From Candidatus Eiseniibacteriota bacterium (GTDB taxonomy: Bacteria > Eisenbacteria > RBG-16-71-46 > JABDJR01): a stretch of DNA of 64,000 nucleotides. How positions within the stretch are numbered: position 1 is the stretch's first letter; each line of letters begins with the position of its first letter. Under the pieces are notes generated by a model, which did not search any database, was not told the origin of the DNA, and saw only the letters and a list, made by a program, of their open reading frames with translations. This document shows, piece after piece, positions 28,612 through 39,177 of the stretch. The DNA lies in assembly GCA_963783375.1 (NCBI GenBank), contig CAWANH010000028.1:1504001-1568000 (forward strand), given 5' to 3'. A program made the position numbers and the translations under genes.

Positions 28612-31449
28612 CTACTTGGCGGTCCCGTTTCCCGAGGGTTCCTCGCTTTCCGGAAGCAGGGTCACCACGGTGTGGTTGTCCAGCGGGTAGTAGCGCGACA
28701 TGACGTCCTTCAAGGACGCGGCGGTGATCTTGTCGATCCGCTCCCGGCGGTGGAGGATCACCGAGGGGTCCCAACCCAGGACATCCACGGTGAGGAAACT
28801 CCCCAGCCAGTAGCCGTTCTGCTCCAACCCCTTCTCCAGGGACCGGGTTTCCAGCTCCTTGACCTTCGCCACCTCCTCCGGGGTCGGGCCCTCCGCCTTG
28901 AACCGGGCCACCTCGTCGAACACCACCTGCTTCATCCTGTCCGCGTTCTCGGGGGAGGAGCCGAAGCTCACGCTGGTGGTCCCGTAGTGCGTGTAGGGGA
29001 GAAGATGGGTTCCGGACACGTTCACCGAATAGGTCGCGCCCAATTCCTCGCGGAGCTTGTCGCGGAGCCGGATTTCCAGGACGTCTCCGGCGATCCGGAG
29101 CAGGTACATCTCCAGCTCGTTGTTCCCGGTCAGGGCGGGCCAGGTGATCGCGGTTGAGCTCTTGGGGTCGGCGCCGGCGTAGACCTTCCTGTCGATGATC
29201 CCCGGCGGGAAGCGGAGGTTCCGCCCCTCGAGGTGGGGGGTGTCGGGTGAGGGCGGAAGCGAACCCAGGTAGCGGGCGGCCAGGGTTTCCACCCGGGCCG
29301 GGTCGAAGGCCCCCACGAAGTAGTAGCGGAAGCTCGATGCTTCGGCCGCCCGCGCCTTGTAGAAGGCCAGGGCCTTCTCCCGGTCCACCCGCTCAAGGTA
29401 TTCGGGGGTGGTGGGCTGGAACATGTAGTTGTCCGAGTAGTTCACCCGCATGAGCTCGTCGGAGAATCGGGCCCGGGGATCGGCCAGCCGGTTCTGCACC
29501 AGCTCCCGGTACTTGGCGATCAGGACCCCGTAGGCCTCGGGGCGGTCGTTGGGGGCGGTGAGGTCGAGATAGACGAGCTGAAGCGCGGTTTCCAGGTCGG
29601 CCGGGGTGGCGTTGCCGCGCAGGCCCTCCACGTAGGTCTGGAGGAACGGGGACTCCGAGGCGATCTTTCCCGACAGCAGCTTCTGGTAATCGGTGGGGGT
29701 GAATCCCCCCGACCCCGCCTCGTTCAGGTAGGCGGTGGCCAGCTCCGCCGAAGGAAAGTCGGCGCTGTCGGCCAGGCAGGTCCCGCCGGGGGACTGGGCC
29801 CCGAACAGCACCTCGTCGTTCTTGAAGTCGGTGGGCTTCATCCAGACTTCGACCCCGTTGGCGAAGGTGAGGGCGGTCACCCCCAGGTCCGGGTGCTCCT
29901 CGCGCTTGACCACCCGGCCGGGGGTGGGGAGGTCGGGGATGAGGGCCTGGGAGACCAGGCTGTCCATGTAGGCGGGCGGGGACGAGGCCTCGGCGTCCCG
30001 GGCCGCCGCCAGAAGGGAATCCGGGGTGGGCATGCTCACCGCTTCCTTGTCCGGCCCCGAGACCAGGATGACCGTGTTGCCTTCGTGCACCAGGCGGCCG
30101 ATCGATCCCTGGACCTCGTCGAGGGTGATCTCGCCGGTGAGGGCCTTGGCGAGGCCGAACTCGTAGTCGATCCCGGGGATCGGCTCCTCCTCTAGGTAGT
30201 TGTTGATGTATTCACCGACGTAGGAATTGCTCTCGGTCTTGTCGCGCTCGTTGTAGGCGCTCTCCATCCCGGCCAGGAACCGGGCCTTGGCGCGGTCCAG
30301 CTCCCCGGCGGTGAAGCCGTGGGCCCGGACGCGGGCAATCTCGGTCATGAGCGAGCTCAAGGCCCGGGTCGCTCCGCCCTCGGGAGCCACCGCGAAGGCC
30401 TGGTACATGTCCAGGGTGCGGACGAAGGATCCCGATCCGGTCCCCGCGAAGAGGAAGGGGGCGTCGGGCTTCTTGGTGATCTCGGCCAGTCGGGCGTTCA
30501 GCATGCTCGAGAAGAAATTGGTGACCAGCTGGCGGCGGTAGTCCCGCACCTTCCCCTGTTCCTCCACCGGACGCTTGAACACGATCGAGACCTGGGTGTA
30601 GGGCATCTCCTTGTCGGTGGCCACCGTGGCCAGCATGTCCGGGTTCGGAGGGACCGGGTAGTAGGGGCGCTGGATCGTGGTCGCGGGAGCGGGGAGGGGT
30701 TCGAAGTGGGTGCGGATCAGGGTCTCCATGGAGTCCGGGTCGAAGGCGCCCACCGCCACCACCGCCATGAGCGGGGGCCGGTACCACGAATCGTAGAAGC
30801 TCCTGACCGTGTCCACCGGGGCGTTCTCGATCACCTCGGGGAGGCCGATGGGGAGCCGCACGGCGTAGCGGGAGCCCTCGAGCAGCACCGGCCACTGCAC
30901 CTTGCGAATCCGCTCCTGGGCGCCCCGGCCGAGCCGCCACTCCTCCATCACCACCCCGCGCTCCTTCTGCACCTCCTCGGGGGCGAAGGTGATGCGGTGG
31001 GCCCAATCGCTCAACACCAGCACGCCGTCGTCCAGGAGCCCGGGCTTGTCGGTGGGGATCTCCAGCATGTAAACGGTCTGATCGAAGCCGGTGTAGGCGT
31101 TCAGATCGGCTCCGAACTTGGTGCCGATCGATTCCAGGAAGTCGATCAGATCGTTGTGGGCGAAGTGCTCGGTCCCGTTGAAGGCCATGTGCTCCACGAA
31201 GTGGGCGAGGCCGCGCTGGCCCTCGGTCTCGAGGATCGAGCCCGCGTTCACCACCAGCCGCAGTTCGGCCCGATTCTCCGGCTTGTGGTTGGCCCGGATG
31301 TAGTAGGTCAGGCCGTTGTCCAGGTGCCCGATCCGGACCGCGCCGTCGACGGGGAGGGCCTGGTCGGGGGCCGGGGCCGGGGCGGCGGAACCCCGCACGG
31401 GGGTGAGGAGGACGGCCAGGAGAGCGGAGACGATCAGCCGGAGTTTCAT
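28612..31449 (-). CDS. M16 family zinc protease (PqqL-like)
   Basis: LDNGLTYYI, GLAHFVEHMAFNG (HxxEH), NAYT, ERGVVMEE; signal peptide. Confidence 0.95.
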   Translation of the reverse strand: MKLRLIVSALLAVLLTPVRGSAAPAPAPDQALPVDGAVRIGHLDNGLTYYIRANHKPENRAELRLVVNAGSILETEGQRGLAHFVEHMAFNGTEHFAHNDLIDFLESIGTKFGADLNAYTGFDQTVYMLEIPTDKPGLLDDGVLVLSDWAHRITFAPEEVQKERGVVMEEWRLGRGAQERIRKVQWPVLLEGSRYAVRLPIGLPEVIENAPVDTVRSFYDSWYRPPLMAVVAVGAFDPDSMETLIRTHFEPLPAPATTIQRPYYPVPPNPDMLATVATDKEMPYTQVSIVFKRPVEEQGKVRDYRRQLVTNFFSSMLNARLAEITKKPDAPFLFAGTGSGSFVRTLDMYQAFAVAPEGGATRALSSLMTEIARVRAHGFTAGELDRAKARFLAGMESAYNERDKTESNSYVGEYINNYLEEEPIPGIDYEFGLAKALTGEITLDEVQGSIGRLVHEGNTVILVSGPDKEAVSMPTPDSLLAAARDAEASSPPAYMDSLVSQALIPDLPTPGRVVKREEHPDLGVTALTFANGVEVWMKPTDFKNDEVLFGAQSPGGTCLADSADFPSAELATAYLNEAGSGGFTPTDYQKLLSGKIASESPFLQTYVEGLRGNATPADLETALQLVYLDLTAPNDRPEAYGVLIAKYRELVQNRLADPRARFSDELMRVNYSDNYMFQPTTPEYLERVDREKALAFYKARAAEASSFRYYFVGAFDPARVETLAARYLGSLPPSPDTPHLEGRNLRFPPGIIDRKVYAGADPKSSTAITWPALTGNNELEMYLLRIAGDVLEIRLRDKLREELGATYSVNVSGTHLLPYTHYGTTSVSFGSSPENADRMKQVVFDEVARFKAEGPTPEEVAKVKELETRSLEKGLEQNGYWLGSFLTVDVLGWDPSVILHRRERIDKITAASLKDVMSRYYPLDNHTVVTLLPESEEPSGNGTAK

Positions 31450-31599
31450 ACCGGGCTCCTTGTCGAGGGGACGGAAAGTCGATATTCGAGGGCGGTTCGC
31501 CGGGTCGGTTTCCCCGAAGCGGCGACCGCCGGCCCCATTGTGTACCATTCGGGCCTGCTTGCCCATGCCGGGGGATGGGGATTCGGCGCCGAATACAGG

Positions 31600-31623
31600 G
31601 AGGCCCCCCGGTGGGGGGGCCTC
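31600..31623. terminator. Hairpin downstream of the GAF protein gene
   Basis: GAGGCCCCCC-ggtg-GGGGGGCCTC 10-bp stem; no strong U tract. Confidence 0.4.
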
Positions 31624-31650
31624 GTCGCTCAGCGCCGGGGATGGGCCCGA

Positions 31651-32562
31651 TCAGGCCGCGTTTTCGGCGTCCCGTTCGGCCAGGGCGGCGTCCAGTCGCT
31701 GGATCGTCTGGCGCATCCAGTCGGCCTGCTCGGCGTGTCGTACGGCGATGCCCGCGTTCTCCGCAAAGACCTGCAGGGCCTGGAGGTCGTCCTCGCCGTA
31801 GTCCCGATCCCCGGACCGGCTGCTCACGTTGAGCACCCCCACCAATTCCCCGCGGACCTCGATCGGCACCACCATGGCCGCGCTGATGGCCTCGCTCTTG
31901 GGCTTGAATCCCGGGTACTTGGCCGCATCCACGGTCTTGCCCAGAAGAAGGGGTTTGCGATTCTCGCCCACCCAACCGGCGATTCCCTCGCCCATCTGGA
32001 TGCGCGCCCCGAGAACCTTTTTGGGGTCCCGATGGCCGGTGGCCGCCCGCACCTCGAGGGCCCCGGAGGCGCGATCGACGAGCATGAGGGAGACCTGCTC
32101 CCCGTCGAAGGTGTCGAGACAACTCCGGGTGATGACGTCGAAGATCGCCTCGGGATCGGTCTCGGTCCCCACCGCGCGGCTCACGGTGAGAAGCGAGAAG
32201 AGTCGATCGCAGTGCCGGCGGACCCGCTCGTTGGCCGCCTCGCGTTCCCGCCGCAGATGGCGGCGGAGGGCGCCGAGGTGGCGCTGCTGGATGGTGAGGT
32301 AGAGGGTGAAGAGGACCATGACCACCGAGAGGCTGACCATGAGCGCCACGTCGGTATTGGCCCAGGGCCAGATCTGGGCCACCCGTTCGCGCATGACGGT
32401 CAGAGCGCCGGTGGCGAGACCGAGCGTGGTGAGGACCGAGACGCCGGCGATCATGATCCAGTTCCGCCACGAGAGGCGGTCCAGCTTTCGATCGGCATCC
32501 AGGGTCGGGATCGAGATGCGGCAGCTCCCGATTGGCTTCTCCTCCAGGCCGGAACGGGCCAT
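31651..32562 (-). CDS. Membrane protein with a C-terminal GAF domain
   Basis: Two TM helices, coiled coil, then GAF motifs GEGIAGWV, VVPI..RGELVGVLNV, DLQALQVFA. Confidence 0.85.
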   Translation of the reverse strand: MARSGLEEKPIGSCRISIPTLDADRKLDRLSWRNWIMIAGVSVLTTLGLATGALTVMRERVAQIWPWANTDVALMVSLSVVMVLFTLYLTIQQRHLGALRRHLRREREAANERVRRHCDRLFSLLTVSRAVGTETDPEAIFDVITRSCLDTFDGEQVSLMLVDRASGALEVRAATGHRDPKKVLGARIQMGEGIAGWVGENRKPLLLGKTVDAAKYPGFKPKSEAISAAMVVPIEVRGELVGVLNVSSRSGDRDYGEDDLQALQVFAENAGIAVRHAEQADWMRQTIQRLDAALAERDAENAA

Positions 32563-32872
32563 TCTACGCTCCTTGGGTTCCCGTATCTGACGAGGGCGCT
32601 CGGCGCCGGAGGCCCGGCGATCGGCGGCCCAGGATCCTGAGTTCCTTCCGTGCGCATGCGTGGAGCGGCTGAGGTGCACGTCCGGGGTGCCGTGGCCCGA
32701 AGGTATGGCCACGTTACCGTCCACGATCACTTATCGGCGGTCCTCGCCCTTTTCCCATGGGGATTCGCCGTTTACCGCGTTCCGGGTCCGAATATGGGGG
32801 GGAAACCCCCGCCGGGCAGGAATTGCGGAAGGGTTCCTTTGGATTGCAGCCAGACCGCAACTCATCCAGCCA

Positions 32873-33595
32873 TCAGGACCAGGACGCCTCCCCCTCCCGG
32901 CGGAGGTAGGCATGGGCCAGGAGTCCGCTGTTCAGGTCCACGAACGCATGGAGGGCCATGGGGAGCCAGAGGCTTCCGCTCAGGACGTAGAGGAGGGCCA
33001 GGCCGAGACCGACCAGACCGGTCTGAAGCACCCCCCGGGTACCCTGGTAGGCGTGGGCCATCCCGAAGAGGAGCGCGGCCACGACCACCGCGACGGGGAA
33101 GGGGACCAGGAGCGCCAGGTACCAGATCAGGAATCCCCGGTAGAGCACTTCCTCGCAGATCCCGGCGGTGAGGGAGACCCCGGCGAAGTGGAGCATCTCC
33201 CGGGAGGAGTGGGGGAGGATCGGGCGCAGGTTGTCCAATTGGCGGAGCACGAGATCGCGCATCTCGTCATCCCGGCGCCGGCCCAGGGAGATCCGCTGCC
33301 AGGTGGCGAAGACCGCGAACCCCACCGCCGCCCCCAGCCCGACCCAGAACCCCCAACCCGAGGGTGCGGAGAATCCGAGCGAGCTCCAGGATCGATCCAC
33401 GCGACTCCAGTAGATCAGGGCCGTCGCGAGCAACACCCACTCCACCCCCATGCTCTCGAAGTAGGCTTCGTGCCGGGCGCGCCCCGCGTTCCCGGCCGCG
33501 GCCCGGACCATGCGCGGATACCAGAAGAGGAGGTCGTGGAGCGGCAGAACCACGGTGATGAGACCGACCAGCACGTGGTCCAGAGGCGTAGGCAT
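32873..33595 (-). CDS. CPBP (CAAX/Abi) intramembrane glutamic protease
   Basis: EEVLYRG, FGMAHAYQG and HAFVD motifs. Confidence 0.93.
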   Translation of the reverse strand: MPTPLDHVLVGLITVVLPLHDLLFWYPRMVRAAAGNAGRARHEAYFESMGVEWVLLATALIYWSRVDRSWSSLGFSAPSGWGFWVGLGAAVGFAVFATWQRISLGRRRDDEMRDLVLRQLDNLRPILPHSSREMLHFAGVSLTAGICEEVLYRGFLIWYLALLVPFPVAVVVAALLFGMAHAYQGTRGVLQTGLVGLGLALLYVLSGSLWLPMALHAFVDLNSGLLAHAYLRREGEASWS

Positions 33596-33635
33596 GGCGC
33601 GAGAATATCAGAGCGGGCGGGGCGCGGGGCCCCGG

Positions 33636-35684
33636 TCAGCGATCCGCGTCCTGTCCCTTTTCGAGCTCGAGGAGCCGTTCGATTTCCGACTGCAGCATAG
33701 GCGTCGGGGGCTTCTGAAGCGCCCGGGTCAGGTACTCCGTGGCCTCCTGGTGGCGGTCCATGAGCCGGTAGAGATAGCCGAGGTGGTAGTAGATCTCCGA
33801 GAGATCGTCCCGCCCCGCGGCGTGGGCGAGCTGGATGGCGCGAAGCAGCGTCTTCTCCGCGTCCTCGTACTTCTTGAGCCGCACCTCGGCCCAGCCCAGG
33901 GTGTCCAGATACCCCGGGTTGTCCGGCGACAGGCGGTTGGCCTTCTCCGCCAGCTCGTAGGCGCGCTCCGGTTTCTCGTCGCTGTCCGCGTAGCTCATGG
34001 CCAGGTTGTTGTTGTAGATCGCGCTCTCGGGATCCTTGCTGAGGAGCATCTCCCCCACGAAGAGCGCGTCGTCGAAGCGGCGCATGCTGGCCAGGAAGTA
34101 GCCGGCCATCTCCAGGAGCTCGCGATCGGTGGCGCGCCCGCTGTCGGCGGGGGCCAGGGCGGTGTCGACTTCGGAGATCCTCCGCAGGGTGTCGAAGGCC
34201 ATCTCGTCCTTCCCCACCCGCAGGTAGGTCACTCCCAACCGGAAGAGCACGCCGGGATCGGGTTCGGCCCGCTGGAGATACCGCTCGAAGTGGACGATCG
34301 CCTCGCCGCGGCGTCCCGCGTCATCGGCCAGGAGCCCCAGGCCGAGCTCCGCCGGGGTGTTGTCCGGGTGCTGGGCGAGACAGCTCTCGTAATCCCGGTG
34401 GGCGTCGTCGGTCCGGCCCAGGCGAAGCTCCATGGGGGCGAGAATGCACGGGAGATCGTCGGTACTTGCCCCGAGCTTCGCCGCCCGTTGGAGGAGTTCG
34501 ATGGCCTGGGACTCGCTTCCCGGCTGCTCGGACAGGGTGAGCCCCAGAAGCCGGAGCGAGCTGGCGTCCTCCCCGTTCTGAGTGAGGGCCTTCCGGAGAA
34601 ACTCCTGCCCATCCCCGACCCGCCCCTGCCGGATCAGGGTCGCGGCCAGGTAGTAGAGGGTCTCCGGGTCCTCGGGATCCTCCTGCTGGGCGCCGGTGAG
34701 GAGAATGGTGGCCTCGGTGTCCTGCTTGCGGAAGAACTGGCAGATGCCCAGCGCCTTCCGGTTCACCAGGATCGGGTCCTCGGCGGTGGCGTCCTCGAGG
34801 TCCTTGAATGCGGCTTCGTAGCTCCCGGCGGCCAGCTCCGCCCGGCCCCGGAGCGCCAGTTCATCGGTGGAGAGGAGCGAGCGCTCGCGGGCGCCGAGGA
34901 TACGGGCGATCCCCTCGTAAGCGGGCCGGTAACGGTTGTTCAGGGTGAACGCGCGCCGGTAGTGGACCAGGGCGGCGGCGGTGTCCCCCTCCGCCTCGAG
35001 CGTCTGCCCGAGGCCGCCGTGGGACGCCGCGTCCTCGGGGGCGATGGCCAGGGCCTTCTCGAAGGCCGATCTCGCCTGGTCGGGCTTCCCCGCCCGCCGG
35101 AGGGCGTCACCCAGGGCGCGCTGCACATCGGGGACCGTAGGCTCGACCTCGGCGGCGGCGCGGAAAGCCTTCGCCGCGGCCTCGAAATCGCCCTTGGCCA
35201 GCGACCGCTGGCCCGCCAGCCAGGACTTCCGCCCGCGGTCGGTGGTGAGCGGGACCTCCATCCCCTGGAAGTAGGACTTGGAGAGGATGGCCATGCCCTC
35301 GTGGGCCTCGCGATTTCCGGGGTCGTGGTTCAGGACCCACCGGTACTGGCGGACCGCTTCCGAGGCCGCGCCCTGGACATCCTGGATCTGGTTGTTCACC
35401 AGGGCGGAGGTGAGCGCCCGTCCGAGGAGGAGGTGGGCGTAGGAGCGGTCGGGGGCGTAGCTCGTGACCTTGGTGAAGATGGCCGCCGCCCGGAGGTAGT
35501 TCCCCTGCTCGAGGTAGATCTCCCCGTCGAAGATCAGGAGATCGATGGCGTCGGAGTCGGGCGCGGCGGGCTCGCCCTCGATCTGGAGGGGAATCGTGGT
35601 CTCCCCCTGGGCCCGCACCGCCGGGGCGTGGACCGTACCGAGAACGAGGAACGCGATGATGAAAGCCAACTGTGAATATCGCAT
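33636..35684 (-). CDS. Secreted tetratricopeptide repeat protein
   Basis: Signal peptide; many TPRs; NNLAMSYAD, YLDTLGW and YYHLG motifs. Confidence 0.88.
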   Translation of the reverse strand: MRYSQLAFIIAFLVLGTVHAPAVRAQGETTIPLQIEGEPAAPDSDAIDLLIFDGEIYLEQGNYLRAAAIFTKVTSYAPDRSYAHLLLGRALTSALVNNQIQDVQGAASEAVRQYRWVLNHDPGNREAHEGMAILSKSYFQGMEVPLTTDRGRKSWLAGQRSLAKGDFEAAAKAFRAAAEVEPTVPDVQRALGDALRRAGKPDQARSAFEKALAIAPEDAASHGGLGQTLEAEGDTAAALVHYRRAFTLNNRYRPAYEGIARILGARERSLLSTDELALRGRAELAAGSYEAAFKDLEDATAEDPILVNRKALGICQFFRKQDTEATILLTGAQQEDPEDPETLYYLAATLIRQGRVGDGQEFLRKALTQNGEDASSLRLLGLTLSEQPGSESQAIELLQRAAKLGASTDDLPCILAPMELRLGRTDDAHRDYESCLAQHPDNTPAELGLGLLADDAGRRGEAIVHFERYLQRAEPDPGVLFRLGVTYLRVGKDEMAFDTLRRISEVDTALAPADSGRATDRELLEMAGYFLASMRRFDDALFVGEMLLSKDPESAIYNNNLAMSYADSDEKPERAYELAEKANRLSPDNPGYLDTLGWAEVRLKKYEDAEKTLLRAIQLAHAAGRDDLSEIYYHLGYLYRLMDRHQEATEYLTRALQKPPTPMLQSEIERLLELEKGQDADR

Positions 35685-35902
35685 GGACATACCATTGTAC
35701 CCTCCCCGCCCCGGCGCCTTCCCCAAAAGCTGGCCGCGGATGGAAAAACCGGGCCGGGCCGCGGCGGGCGGCGGAGGGATCGGCGGCTCCGGGAGCGCCG
35801 GGAGAGCCCCGGGGGGCCGGCCCGGAATGACACCGGCGTGGACGCGGTATCCGGGGTGATATAGTGCCGGGGATGGAACTTACGGCTTACGGAAAGAGGA
35901 AG

Positions 35903-36772
35903 ATGACGCGTTCTTTCGCGTGGATCGGGCTGGCGGGCCTCCTCGTCATCGGCGCGGCCGGCGCCGTCGAGGCCACCGACGGGGTCCCCTCCGGCAATTA
36001 CTATACCCGGCTCCGGGCCAACGACGCGCCCGTCGGCGGCCGGTTCACCGTCTACGGCTACCTGCTCGACTCCCTGGACGCGGCGGTGAAGCTGCCCGGC
36101 CCCGGCCGGATCATGGCGGTGAACTTCCGGGAAGCCAACGGCAGCAACTCCTTCGTGGTATCCGGGGATCTGTCCCTGCTCGGCGCCCGGAACCAGGCCT
36201 GGCAGGAGGGATTCCTCTCCCTGGACGGCCGGCGGCTCTCCGGCTTCATCGGTAAGAACGACTCGCGATGGGCGCTCTGGTGGGTCCCCTGGGGTGGGGA
36301 CAGCCTGAGCTGGAACTCCATGCGCGATCTGCGCCTCGCCTATGGACTCTCCAAGGAAGGCTTCGCGCGCCTGAAGGACGAGGATGCCGCGGCCACCCTG
36401 AACGCCCTTCCCTGGGACTCGATCCGCGGCGCCTCGATCGAGCCCGGCCGGTCGGTCGCCGATCTGTCCTCGTCCATCGATCCCGCCGCCTTCGACCGCC
36501 CCCCCGCCGTCCTCGCCCAGAGCGCTCCGACCTATCCCCGGGCGGCCCGCAAGTGGGACTTCCAGGGGACGGTGAACGTGGTGGCCGAGGTGGACGACGC
36601 CGGCCGGGTGACCGACGCCTTCGTCCTCCAGTCCAACGCCGCCCACGAATTGAACGTGGCCGCGCTGGTGGCGGTGATGAAGTGGACCTTCGCCCCCGGC
36701 ATGAAGGAAGGCCGGCCCGCCTCGGGAGGGGTGGTGGTCCCCATCCGCTTCGATCTGGGTGGGGAGAGGTGA
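35903..36772 (+). CDS. Secreted protein with a C-terminal TonB domain
   Basis: PTYPRAAR..QGTVNV..VD..G.V and WTFAPG motifs; signal peptide. Confidence 0.85.
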   Translation: MTRSFAWIGLAGLLVIGAAGAVEATDGVPSGNYYTRLRANDAPVGGRFTVYGYLLDSLDAAVKLPGPGRIMAVNFREANGSNSFVVSGDLSLLGARNQAWQEGFLSLDGRRLSGFIGKNDSRWALWWVPWGGDSLSWNSMRDLRLAYGLSKEGFARLKDEDAAATLNALPWDSIRGASIEPGRSVADLSSSIDPAAFDRPPAVLAQSAPTYPRAARKWDFQGTVNVVAEVDDAGRVTDAFVLQSNAAHELNVAALVAVMKWTFAPGMKEGRPASGGVVVPIRFDLGGER

Positions 36773-38268
36773 TTCGAGGCCAAGTCGGGGACGCGCGCGG
36801 GAACGCCGCCCGAAGCGCGGTGAGGGCGGGGTGCGCCGAGGCCGGGTGGCCGGGGCGCGCGATCGCGGCGTGGATGGTCCGCGCGGCAATTTCCCTTCTG
36901 GCCGCCATGGGCGCCCTATCGGCCGCGGCTCCGGCATCGGCGAGGGCGGGGACGGCGCCCGCCGCCCCGTCCACGGCAACGGCTTCGGGGGGGAGGCCGC
37001 CGCGAGCCCGGCCCCCGACGCCCCGCCCCCGTCCGAGGCCTGGGTGGCCGATCTCGACGTCGAGGAGCTGGGCTTCGACGGGGCGCTCCGGATCCGGGTC
37101 TTCTACGCGCCGGATTACATCGGCTTTCCCGCCGCGGCCGGACACCTGTTCCTGGTTGCCGCGGACAGCTCCCGCGGCGCGGACGCGTTTTTCATCTCCA
37201 GCGATCTCGCCTTCGAGTTCGGAAGCCGGGGAGTCTACCCGGTCCAGTTCGAGCAGGCCTCGGATCTGTTCGGGCAGGCGCTGGGAGGAAGGCTCCGCCC
37301 CGGCGAGACCCAGCTTGGCTTCGTACTCGTGCCCTCCGAGGCCCCGGTCGGGGACTTCCTCCCCGGAAACCCCGACTCCCTTCGCATCCGCTACGCCAAC
37401 CGCCGCGCGTCCTTCCGGCGGGCCGACCCCGGGGAGATCGCGGCGTGGACGAAGCGGATTCCGCGCCGGGTGCTCGCCATCGGACTCAACTCCTGGTGGG
37501 ACTGGACCCGGAGCATGCAGGAAGCGCCGCCCATGAACGAGGGGGAATCCCGGTTCTTTGCCGAGCGGATGTTCCCCGGCCAGGGGAGGATCCTGGCCAC
37601 AGGAGGGGATGAGCCCCGAGGCGCTCCGGAACGCCATCCTCCGGGTGGGGGAGCGCCGGCTCCTCGAAGGGCCGGCCCGCCAGCGGGTGGGTCCCCGCTA
37701 CCCGACCGCGGTCCGCCAGATGGGGATCGGAGGGCTGGTGGTCGCCCTCTGCTACATCGACGCCAAGGGGGAGGTGGCCGACGCCGTGCTCCTCGCGTCG
37801 AACACCGTGCATCTCCTGAACCTCTCCGCCCTTTCCGCGGCCATGCAGTTCCGCTACCCCGCCGCCGAGGGCGAGGACGGAAAGCCCGCCGACGGATGGC
37901 GGATCCTCCCCTTCCAGTTCCGCCTGGAGAAGCCGCCCGCCGCGGTCGCCGCCGGGAGCGGCGCGGCGGGGGACACCACCGGTCTCGGGGAGTTCCGGCC
38001 CCCGCAGATCGTGAGGGGGGAGGAGCCGGAGTACCCCGAGCGCGCCCGGCAGAAGGGAATCGCGGGGACGGTGGTCTACCGCGCCACCATCTCCCCGGAG
38101 GGGAAGCTGGTGGAGGCCGCCCTGGAGAAGGGGGTCGATCCGCTCCTCGACCAGGCCGCCCTCACCGCGCTGGAGCACACGCTGTTTCTTCCCGCCAGCC
38201 GGGGGGGCGTCTCCGTCGAGGGGGAGATCCTGGTCCCCTACACCTTCGGGAAGCCGCGGAAGCGGTAG
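36769..38268 (+). CDS. Protein with two TonB C-terminal domains, two apparent frameshifts (about 36990 and 37600)
   Basis: Signal-like N-terminus in one frame, globular middle in a second, two YP..A....G.V domains in a third; GTGA overlap with the upstream gene. Confidence 0.65.
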
Positions 38269-38580
38269 CCCGGGTTGTCCGGGAGCGATTTTCCCGGGGC
38301 GCCGGACGGCGGCCCGGCCGGCGTGCCCCGCCGGCGTCCGGCACGTTTGCGGACCGCCGGGGCGCGGTGCCCGCCGCGCCGGGGCCTCGGGGTGGCGAGC
38401 ACGTAATTGGCTGCCGGGCATGGAATTGCGGGGTGGACCCCCACCCCGGCTCCCATCATCTTGACGCCCCGCTCCCGGCGGGGCACCCTCGGCCCGCCCC
38501 TTGCGATCCGGTCCGTTCCCCGCCCAGTGAACGGCCGGGTTAAACCCCACGCCTTCCGCGGGCGTCCTAGAGGCGAGAAC

Positions 38581-39177
38581 GTGAAGAAACCGACGGGTCC
38601 CGATCCCGAGCTCCCGAAGGAGGATGCGGTGGCTTCGACCGCGCCGGTCATCGACGTGGGCGAGCGCCGCCTCATCCGGCGGGCCCGGGAGGGGGATGTC
38701 GGGGCCTTCGAGACCTTGTACCGGGCGCACGTGGGCCGGGTCCACGCGGTCTGCCGCCGGCTGGCGGGGGACCCGACCCGGGCCGAGGAACTCACCCAGG
38801 ACGTGTTCGTCCGGGCCTGGGAGCGGCTCCGGAGCTTCGAGGGACGGAGCGCCTTCGGGTCCTGGCTCTACCGGCTGGCGGTGAACCTGGTGATCGACGC
38901 CAAGCGGTCGGAGATCCGGCGATCCGCCCGGGAGACCGCGGCCGAGGATCCGGCGGCGTGGGGGAACCCGCGGCCGCCGCGGGACCCGGTGGCGGGGTGG
39001 GACCTGGAGCGGGCGATCGCCGCCCTGCCTCCGGGAGCGCGGATGGTGTTCGTGCTCCACGAGGTCGAGGGGTATCGCCACGAGGAAATCGCGGGAATGG
39101 CCGGCCTGGCCGAGGGGACCTGCAAGGCGCAGCTCCACCGGGCCCGGCGGCTCTTGAGGGAGATGCTGGAGCCATGA
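38581..39177 (+). CDS. ECF RNA polymerase sigma factor
   Basis: AEELTQDVFVRAW, FGSWLYRLAVN, LPPGARMVFVLHEVEGY.HEEIA, KAQLHRAR. Confidence 0.95.
   Translation: MKKPTGPDPELPKEDAVASTAPVIDVGERRLIRRAREGDVGAFETLYRAHVGRVHAVCRRLAGDPTRAEELTQDVFVRAWERLRSFEGRSAFGSWLYRLAVNLVIDAKRSEIRRSARETAAEDPAAWGNPRPPRDPVAGWDLERAIAALPPGARMVFVLHEVEGYRHEEIAGMAGLAEGTCKAQLHRARRLLREMLEP

Noticed and set aside
32873-33595. Abortive-infection gene
   Set aside because: 'Abi' is a legacy name for CPBP proteases; nothing here indicates a defence role
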